DNA from: Octopus vulgaris
Lineage: Eukaryota
Reading direction: 5' to 3'
NCBI GenBank assembly: GCA_951406725.2
Contig: OX597816.1
Span: 2,480,001 to 2,544,000 of the forward strand
DNA length: 64,000 nt
The notes under the pieces are model-generated. The model had not been told where the DNA came from. It made no database searches and worked only from the letters and a program-made list of their open reading frames with translations. Shown piece by piece: positions 54,889 through 64,000 of this stretch (positions are counted from its first letter, which is position 1; each line of letters begins with the position of its first letter). The position numbers were made by a program, and so were the translations under genes.

Positions 54889-56493
54889 CTACAAAAGAAA
54901 CCAAAAATCTAAGTGAAACACCAAGAATGCTGCCACATTTAAAATATTGTCTTTTGTTTAGGTCCTGCAACAGGCATAGAGATATATTCTGCATCAAATC
55001 TATTACACTACTTGTCTAAGTCTACCAAGGAGAAAAAAAGATAAAAAGACTGTGGCCTGGTAGAAGCAGTCAAGCAATAAACAATATTTATTTTGTTTTT
55101 ATTGTTGAAACCTCACCAATGTCAGAAGAAAAAGCTAAATACTGATGAGACGAAGTCTAACCCTCATCACTCTCATAGCTTGTGCCTTGAAAGGACCTTC
55201 CTGATCTAAAATACTTTAATTAATGAAATATGTGTCAGCAATTGGCATAATTAAGGACTGTTATGAGTGATGATGTAAGGACACACAGACACACACACAC
55301 CTGCCTATGTCATCATCATCATCATCATCATCGTTTAGCGTCCGCTTTCCATGCTAGCATGGGTTGGACGGTTCAACAGGGGTCTGGGAAGCCAGAAGGC
55401 TGCATCAGGCCGAGTTTGATCTGGCAATGTTTCTACGGCTGGATGCCCTTCCTAACGCCAACCACTCCATGAGTGTAGTGGGTGCTTTTTACATGCCACC
55501 GGCACAGGTGCCAGACGAGTCTGGCAAACGGCCACGATCGGATGGTGCTTTTTATGTGCCACCTATGTATACGTGCATTTAGCTTTGAGCTAAAATCAAT
55601 GACATTTCTTAAGATTCCCCATCAACAAATCATAATCTAGTTCTGTATTTTTCAAGTGGAATCAACAAAGAATCCCTTTTCTTGAAAAACAGTTAAGGGT
55701 CGGCAAGAGGAAGGGCATCTGGCTTGAAATGAATACCTCGAAAGTATATATTTGTTTGTCCAATCCATGCTGGCAAAACAGATGTCAAATAAAACAACTT
55801 CTTTGCTCACCATCATGCCTTTGAAACTGTGTGGAATAAGCAACTCCTAACTTGAAAAACAGTTAAGGGTTAGCATCAAGAAAGGCATCCTGGTGTAAAC
55901 CAACACCTCAGTAATGTATTCATCTAACCCATGCAGACATGGAAACACAGAAGTGGATGTAAAAACAAAAGGATGATTTTTGGTGGACATTGTAGAATAT
56001 TTCTTCAAATGTTAATTCCAAAAACCCATTAAATTTAAATTAAAGTTGTTATTTCTTTACTCAGTCTTTGGAATCTTATGCCAAATCACAGTTTCTCACA
56101 AGGAAAGAGTCATACTTATAAAACCTATAAATACACACATTGGTCCAAGCCAGGCATGCATGGAAGAAAGGACGTTAAACGATGATGATGGTTGTTTTTC
56201 TTTCACTTCTTTTTTCAAAACAGATTGATGTTGTTGAAATACTTTGGTGGACATAGACAAAACATCAACTGCTTTGGAAAAAGAAAAAGTGAAATATAGA
56301 TAAACATCAACCGGTGAATGGTTTTATATATTTTATTAAATATGATTCTTCTGAAATATGACACTCAGTTTCAGATTAAGATTCTTGCCAGATGGCTTAA
56401 CATTCACTTATTCCCCGGGTCAAGTGAAATCTGAATTTACATTCAGGTATTAGGAAAGCCTGCTACAGCCAACCAAGCATCTATTTTGGTATA

Positions 56494-58462
56494 ATTCACC
56501 CTTATCCATGCCCCCAGATTCACCCTTATCCATGCCCCCAGATTCACCCTTATCCATGCCCCCAGATTCACCCTTATCCATGCTCCCAGATTCACCCTTA
56601 TCCATGCCCCCAGATTCACCCTTATCCATGCCTCCAGATTCACCCTTATCCATGCCCCCAGATTCACCCTTATCCATGCTCCCAGATTCACCCTTATCCA
56701 TGCCCCCAGATTCACCCTTATCCATGCCCCCAGATTCACCCTTATCCATGCCTCCAGATTCACCCTTATCCATGCCCCCAGATTCACCCTTATCCATGCC
56801 CCCAGATTCACTCTTATCCATGCCCCCAGATTCACCCTTATCCATGCTCCCAGATTCACCCTTATCCATGCCCCCAGATTCACCCTTATCCATGCCCCCA
56901 GATTCACCCTTATCCATGCCCCCAGATTCACCCTTATCCATGCCTCCAGATTCACCCTTATCCATGCCCCCAGATTCACCCTTATCCATGCTCCCAGATT
57001 CACCCTTATCCATGCCCCCAGATTCACCCTTATCCATGCCCCCAGATTCACCCTTATCCATGCCCCCAGATTCACCCTTATCCATGCCCCCAGATTCACC
57101 CTTATCCATGCTCCCAGATTCACCCTTATCCATGCCCCCAGATTCACCCCTTATCCATGCCCCCAGATTCACCCTTATCCATGCCCCCAGATTCACTCTT
57201 ATCCATGCCCCCAGATTCACCCTTATCCATGCCCCCAGATTCACCCTTATTCATGCCCCCAGATTCACCCTTATCCATGCCCCCAGATTCACCCTTATCC
57301 ATGCCCCCAGATTCACCCTTATCCATGCCTCCAGATTCACCCTTATCCATGCCCCCAGATTCACCCTTATCCATGCCCCCAGATTCACCCTTATCCATGC
57401 CCCCAGATTCACCCTTATCCATGCCCCCAGATTCACCCTTATCCATGCCCCCAGATTCACCCTTATCCATGCTCCCAGATTCACCCTTATCCATGCCCCC
57501 AGATTCACCCTTATCCATGCCTCCAGATTCACCCTTATCCATGCCCCCAGATTCACCCTTATCCATGCCCCCAGATTCACCCTTATCCATGCCTCCAGAT
57601 TCACCCTTATCCATGCCCCCAGATTCACCCTTATCCATGCCCCCAGATTCACCCTTATCCATGCTCCCAGATTCACCCTTATCCATGCCCCCAGATTCAC
57701 CCTTATCCATGCCCCCAGATTCACCCTTATCCATGCCCCCAGATTCACCCTTATCCATGCCCCCAGATTCACCCTTATCCATGCCCCCAGATTCACCCTT
57801 ATCCATGCTCCCAGATTCACCCTTATCCATGCCCCCAGATTCACCCTTATCCATGCCCCCAGATTCACCCTTATCCATGCCCCCAGATTCACCCTTATCC
57901 ATGCCCCCAGATTCACCCTTATCCATGCTCCCAGATTCACCCTTATCCATGCCCCCAGATTCACCCTTATCCATGCCCCCAGATTCACCCTTATCCATGC
58001 CCCCAGATTCACCCTTATCCATGCCCCCAGATTCACCCTTATCCATGCCCCCAGATTCACCCTTATCCATGCCTCCAGATTCACCCTTATCCATGCCCCC
58101 AGATTCACCCTTATCCATGCCCCCAGATTCACCCTTATCCATGCCCCCAGATTCACCCTTATCCATGCTCCCAGATTCACCCTTATCCATGCCCCCAGAT
58201 TCACCCTTATCCATGCCCCCAGATTCACCCTTATCCATGCCCCCAGATTCACCCTTATCCATGCCCCCAGATTCACCCTTATCCATGCCCCCAGATTCAC
58301 CCTTATCCATGCCTCCAGATTCACCCTTATCCATGCCCCCAGATTCACCCTTATCCATGCTCCCAGATTCACCCTTATCCATGCCCCCAGATTCACCCTT
58401 ATCCATGCCCCCAGATTCACCCTTATCCATGCCCCCAGATTCACCCTTATCCATGCCCCCAG
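56494..58462. repeat. Minisatellite, 82 x 24 bp (ATTCACCCTTATCCATGCCCCCAG)
   Basis: 1969 bp = 82 units plus one 1-nt insertion near 57150. Recurrent variants GCTCCCAG, GCCTCCAG, CACTCTT. Confidence 0.97.
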
Positions 58463-59504
58463 GTTTGTTCACCATTCACTTCAATGCATTCATATCCACC
58501 CTCATCTCAAATCATCTTTTATTCTCCTTTCACAAACTCACAACCTAACTACCCACCCAGCCATCCTTCATTCTCTGTTCCCTTTCTCTCTTTATCTACC
58601 TTCTTGTACCTTGAGAAATCTTCAGGCAGGTTTTACCAGGCCTGACAGGTCAAAGGGTAGGAGACAGACAAAACCTTAACCATCAGAGGAGTAAACCTCA
58701 ATGACAATAAATCAAAGCATTGACAGCAGGGCATGGATTTAGTTATCTGCAGGGGACCAAACAGACCAGATTTCTGGCTTTGAACTAGCAGGATGTCATG
58801 CAGAGGATCTTGAATACAAGACAATGGATGGGACCCTAATATTCCTAGTTAGAAGGAAACATGAAGACTACATAGAGCAGTGCCCTGTGACTCCTATGGT
58901 ATGCGCAACCGAAACCTCATAGAGAATGTACTATGACTCCTTGACTTCACAGTCCATTTTCCCTTTCTGGCTGGGTAGCCATATATCTCCTCTACAGCAA
59001 GACACTCGTACTAGTCCCTCTTTCATACTTCAACCTCTCAACACCAGACACAAAGCCATCACCCTCAATACGGCATCCTCATTCTGTGAAGGGGCCTCGT
59101 CTTGCAAACAACTTGGTGACCTCACAAGTGCTGGTGCCATCAAAATAAATAATCACCAAATACGTTTTGTAAGTGGTTGACATTAGGAAGGGCATCCAGC
59201 CATGGAAACCCTGCCAAATTAGAAACTGAAGCTCCATGGACCCAACGGGCTCAGTGGGTCCCGTCAAACCATCCAAACCATCACAGCATGGAACACAAAT
59301 GATGATGATGATGATGGATTAACCCTTAAAGCATTATAGATCAGGTGATTGATTGATAATGTCTATTAGAAGCTTTGAAGGAGTTTGCTGCAGCTGGGGC
59401 AGAAACAAATACAAGAAAAACAAAAGTAAACAGAATTGGAACACTTCATAAAAAAAAATGTTTTAAAGGAAGAGGAAGAAGAAGGAAGAAGAGGATGAGT
59501 TTAC

Positions 59505-59582
59505 CTGAGCAAATGGAGTTAGTTTATCCATATTTTCATGAATTAGTCGTGAATGTTCAACACAAATCTGTACAAGGTCTGT
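59505..59582 (-). CDS. HPS3: HPS3-like exon
   Basis: ttacag|ACA...CAG|gtaaac. Encodes TDLVQICVEHSRLIHENMDKLTPFAQ. Phase 0/0. Confidence 0.78.
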
Positions 59583-60002
59583 CTGTAATTAAAGTAATTA
59601 GGACACATAAATGAAGGTTTATACTTTTATATATCTTTTATCTTTTACTTGATGGTGGCCATGCTGGGGCATCACCTTGAGGGGTTTTTTAAAATCAAAT
59701 CTACCCCCCCAACACTTCCTTATTTAAAGCCTCATACTTATTCTATCATTCTCTTTTGTGAAACCACTAAGTCACAGGGATGTAAACACACCAACACCAC
59801 TTGTCAAATAGTGGGGAGGGGCAAACACAGATACACACACAATGGGCTTCTTTCAGTTTCCGTCTACCAATTCCACTGACAGGCTATGATAGAAAACATT
59901 TGCCCAAGATGTCATGCAGTGAGACTGAACCCAGAACCCACTGGTTAGGAAGCAAACTTCTTACCACAGAGCTACTCTTGTGCCTCTCTCTCTCTCATAT
60001 AT

Positions 60003-60402
60003 ACTCTTTTACTCTTTTACTTGTTTCAGTTATTTGACTGCGGCCATGCTGGAGCACCGCCTTTAGTCGAGCAAATCGACCCCGGGGACTTATTCTTTGT
60101 AAGCCCAGTACTTATTCTATCGGTCTCTTTTTGCCGAACCGCTAAGTGACGGGGATGTAAGCACACCAGCATCGGTTGTCAAGCAATGCTAGGGGGACAA
60201 ACACACACACAAACACACATATATATATATACATATATACGACAGGCTTCTTTCAGTTTCCGTCTACCAAATCCACTCACAAGGCATTGGTCGGCCCGGG
60301 GCTATAGCAGAAGACACTTGCCCAAGATGCCACGCAGTGGGACTGAACCCGGAACAATGTGGTTGGTTAGCAAGCTACTTACCATACAGCCACTCCTGCG
60401 CC
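60003..60402 (-). mobile_element. tRNA-derived SINE family A (young copy; an older copy abuts at about 59630-59985)
   Basis: Pol III A/B boxes on the minus strand, central (CA/TA) microsatellite, (AAAAGAGT)n tail. Confidence 0.88.
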
Positions 60403-60436
<34 letters not shown>

Positions 60437-61015
60437 TATAAAATGCAGTAAACCTAAAATGTAGTTTCTGGCTGAACGTGTTTTTGCTGATAAGAGTTGA
60501 CGCAGGGCAACTGAAACAAGGACCAGTCTACAAGTGAAATGTTTGATGGTCCATCTCTGGTCATCTCAAGACAAAGGCATTCTTAATTCTTAAAGGAAAT
60601 CCCCGTCAATAGAAACACATTGTTGCCGGATAAGATTTTGCAAGATATTACTGAAAGCCTTCAGAGGAACTCCCAGGGTCCAATCAATCATGGGACCCAC
60701 ACCATACACAGATATGTCTTATTTTGTCCCTCAATATGTCACAGTTCAGAACAAAAGATTGGATTAGAATTCACAGACTGTGGCCAGCCTGGTGCAGCCA
60801 TCTGGTTCGCCAGTCCTCAGTCAAACTGTCCAATCCATGCTAGCATGGAAAGCGGACGTTAAACGATGATGATGATGATGATGACATTAACTCACACCTT
60901 TTCAGAGTTTATAAAAATAGATACAAATATATCAGGTGGAAGTGGTGGGGCAGGTATTGGGATTGTGCTTAATTATAAGAATTAGTTATTCGTAGATAAA
61001 TGATTGGGGACTTAC

Positions 61016-61103
61016 TTTTGGTATATTCGAGAGTTCCAGCTCAGCAGCGTCTAAGTCACAGAGGTCTAAGTACAAAACAACACAGGCTAAATTGTTCAGG
61101 TAG
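61016..61103 (-). CDS. HPS3: HPS3-like exon
   Basis: tctttcag|C...AAA|gtaagt. Encodes YLNNLACVVLYLDLCDLDAAELELSNIPK. Confidence 0.78.
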
Positions 61104-61289
61104 CTGAAAGACAATAATAATAATAATAATAATAACAATAATGATGATTTCTTTCATTAGCCACAAGGGCCCAAGACATTGAGGACAATATCAAAGGACA
61201 AGTCACAACATGCAAAAAACACAAATGAAGGTTACATCTATCAATGGGAAACACTACCACATCAAAGGATATAACAAAGCACAAATACA

Positions 61290-61905
61290 TAGAAATAAAT
61301 AATTAATAAATAAATAAAGAAATAACTAGAATCCCCAATAACAGGGCAGTCCACTTAGGGTAATCCAGGGTAAACCCCACACAAAAGTCCTGGATTACTC
61401 TGTCATCCCCAAGGAATGGGGAAGTACCGTCTTCTGGTTTCTTTCTTCCTATTTAGAAAAACATTCTCAGAGTCAGTCCATTTGGTTTCACCAGTCTTGC
61501 TACTCTCAGCAGGAGGCAGCACCTCCCTCTTTACCATCACCCCACTCTTCAAATGAGGGCTTCGCCAGACAGGAAAGTGCCTGTCTTCAAAGCTTGCAGA
61601 CATGTCCACCACACAGCCTCTTTTGCTACAGCCACTCAGCAGAGAAAGACCTGCCTGGTTTCTCTACTGAAGGAAGCGGATGCATTGATCTTCATTCTGC
61701 TAAAGGCAACTGAATCTGTCTGACACAAGACAGCAGCTGCTCCACACAAGACCACCCCTCTCTAATAATGCACAGACACAGAAGGACTGCATGCAGGATG
61801 GTTTCATCTCCCTCCATCAGTAGGTTCAGCTGTTGGCGCTTCTATACCTAAAGAGTTTACTTGTGTCGAACAGGTAGTTCACAGCCCCTGTAGCGCTGCC
61901 ATGGA
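61290..61905 (-). mobile_element. Decayed Tx1/L1-like ORF2 C-terminal fragment
   Basis: Minus strand remnants WQRYRG..LPVRHKL...GDETILHAVLLC...W...AVAKEAVWW, matching the zf-RVT/C-terminal pattern of L1/Tx1 ORF2. Multiple frameshifts. Confidence 0.55.
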
Positions 61906-62630
61906 GTAAAGGAAGTCCTTACTATTATAACAAGTAAGTCCCACCGTATGACTAACAAGTGTTTCTTTGTTAACATGTTGAGCTGAACTTCTCTTTCTAA
62001 GAAACAAGGAGAGGACAAGAAAACCATTTTCTTGTTCCTTGAAACTCCTCTAAGATATTTCATCTTCTTTGACTTACAGGTGATCTTTTATTCTCCATCT
62101 ACAGACCCCCACCCACCCCACCAATCAATTTTTTACCTGAGCCATTTCTCATCAACGACATAGCAACAGAAGAATTAACAGTGCCAAGAATATTATAATT
62201 TACCTGAAAATAATCTAAACTCAACACATTTTCTTTTTTTACTTTTAGTAGAAATTTCATTTACCATTATTTCATTATTATCATTATTATTATTATTATT
62301 ATTAATATCGTTAGTGCTGTTGTTATCAATTGCATCCCTTCATGCCAGTAATTACACTCTTCATCAATGGATGAGGCAAAAGATCGCCAATGTTTAACAG
62401 CATTTCTCCAGTGTCTTTGCATTCTGAGTTCAAATTCTACCCAGACCAATTTTGCCTTTCATTTTTCTAGGGGTCGATAAAAATAAGTACCAGTTGTGTA
62501 CTGGGGTTGATTTTATCAACTTAGCCCTTCCCCCAAAATTACTAGCCTTGGGCCAAAATTTGAAACCATTACTATTATTATTATTATTTCTAGAAACCTA
62601 TTTCCCTTTCGTTTATTGATTCCAACTTAC

Positions 62631-62700
62631 CTTAGTTTGGATTTCTTTCCAAATTTCAAATCCCGCTTTTTAATGTCACCCATCAAGGCAAGAGTTTTTT
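62631..62700 (-). CDS. HPS3: HPS3-like exon (most upstream one found in window)
   Basis: Minus strand tttatttcag|AA...CTAAG|gtaagt. Encodes (x)KTLALMGDIKKRDLKFGKKSKL(S). Phase-2 end fits the next exon. Confidence 0.65.
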
Positions 62701-62869
62701 CTGAAATAAAAGTCAGTGAAATCAGAACGGAATGTAAGCAGAAGGGTGTTGGACGGAGGGTGGGGGGGGGAGAGTTTCAAACAACAAAAAAGATACATTA
62801 CACTGTATGGATGGTGGGAATGCTCAGCCCCTAAAGAGAGGGATTGCTCAGTGCCTAAAACATTGAGCA

Positions 62870-63600
62870 ATGAATATAAAGTAGCAATTGCGATACCCAC
62901 CACGAAGAAATGATCAAGCTCAGTAACAATCTATTAAGCAACAAGTACCCCAAAAACATACTCTCCACTCCAATTATGAAATAAAGAGAGGATGAAACCA
63001 ATAAACTGTCAACAGTCCATCTACCCTATGTGAAAGGCCTCTCCGAAAAGATACAAAAGATATGCGGCCCATATGACATCAGGACAGTATTCAAGAGCAG
63101 TACAATGCTTGGTAAATATCTCCTTCGAGTAAAACTACCAATCGAAGAGAATATGACCAAAGACTGACCAAAGATTGCGTGTACTCCATCCCATGCAGCT
63201 GTGGTAGGATATACAAAAGCGAAACATGCTTCCCCCTCAAAATAAGGGTAGACGAACATCGCAAAGCTGTGACATGAGGAGATATTGATAAATCGGGTAT
63301 AGCTGATCATGTATGGGAAAATGGAGACCACCTCACCCCTGTGGGGTGAAGTTAAAATAATAGACAGAGAACACCACTGGAAAATACGAAAACTAAAAGA
63401 AGCAGGACATTTGTTAGGACACAACAACCTCCTAAGCAAACCCAGTGCAGATATGAGTAGCATATGGGAACCGGTATTAAGGAAGGATAGGAAAATATTA
63501 GATTTATAAGCTCTAAAATTCACTCCATATTTCATCTTCAGTAATTTCTAAGAAAGCCAGAATCCTGAGGAGATCAGTAAAGCAAACAAACTAGTTAAAA
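62870..63600 (+). mobile_element. Penelope-like element 3' fragment (GIY-YIG endonuclease)
   Basis: L.NNLLSNKYP, LPYVKGLSEKIQKI...IRTVFKS, VYSIPCSCGRIYKSET...RVDEHRK...SGIADH...RKLKEA. Stops and frameshifts present. Confidence 0.85.
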
Positions 63601-64000
63601 CGCAGGCACCTAATTTTTTAATACTGAGGGGGGGCATGCATAAAAGATGAACCCCAACAACATCTATTAACACTTTTGTAATCATATTTCTGTTTTAATC
63701 TGCTGCTTTTTTTTTTTTAATTTTGAAAATAATGACAACATTAATTAATTTAAAATTTTGATGGAAGTTCTAATTTAAATCACTTTAAAATGGGAAATTT
63801 GTATCATGGGACCAGGGGCAGTGGTGGTGTGAGGGTGGTGGGGTGCTATCAAAAGGGTTAAATTATTTAAATAAACATAACAATAATATATCTAACCTTC
63901 AGTTTCTCTTTTAAGTTTCAAATTTGTTCATAGTTTGAGAAGATGTGTTGCCCTTTTGTGCACTTTTTAAGACAAAGGGATTGTTTATGCAAAGTAAGAA

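Noticed and set aside
56494-58462. CRISPR-like array
   Set aside because: No unique spacers, no cas genes, eukaryotic context.
56443-58679. Long ORFs (234-723 aa) of MPPDSPLS / GGMDKGES / NLGAWIRV repeats
   Set aside because: Artefact of a 24-bp unit that is stop-free in 5 of 6 frames. The array is intronic, has a frameshifting insertion, and shows no unique coding flanks.
60330-60402. tRNA-like sequences with A/B boxes
   Set aside because: These are SINE heads, repeated many times and lacking a complete cloverleaf. Not tRNA genes.
62137-62204. Minus-strand TTTTCAG|GTAAAT (recursive-site-like) and a candidate exon
   Set aside because: Phase is incompatible with the flanking HPS3 exons, and the intron is short for recursive splicing.

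Overview
Eukaryotic, AT-rich, microsatellite- and SINE-dense genomic DNA. The repeat families resemble those of octopod cephalopods (inference from recognition). Two multi-exon genes converge tail-to-tail, both reconstructed by hand from splice sites and reading-frame phase. (1) On +, the last 8 coding exons of an ARHGAP39/Vilse-type MyTH4+RhoGAP gene (3614-19942, 421 aa in window). One of its introns (8142-9100) is a minor-spliceosome U12 AT-AC intron. (2) On -, the last 11 coding exons of an HPS3 (BLOC-2 subunit) gene (62700-37669, about 403 aa in window), mostly invisible in the ORF track. Between them is a near-full-length, frameshifted RLE-type (HERO/R2-like) non-LTR retrotransposon bracketed by 64-bp direct repeats, with a hammerhead-like motif at its 3' end. 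Introns carry RTE, Tx1/L1 and Penelope fragments, three or four tRNA-derived SINE families, Helentron-type, Tc1-type and piggyBac-type non-autonomous elements, several large inverted repeats, and an 82 x 24-bp G-rich minisatellite. The minisatellite explains the longest 'ORFs' in the track.
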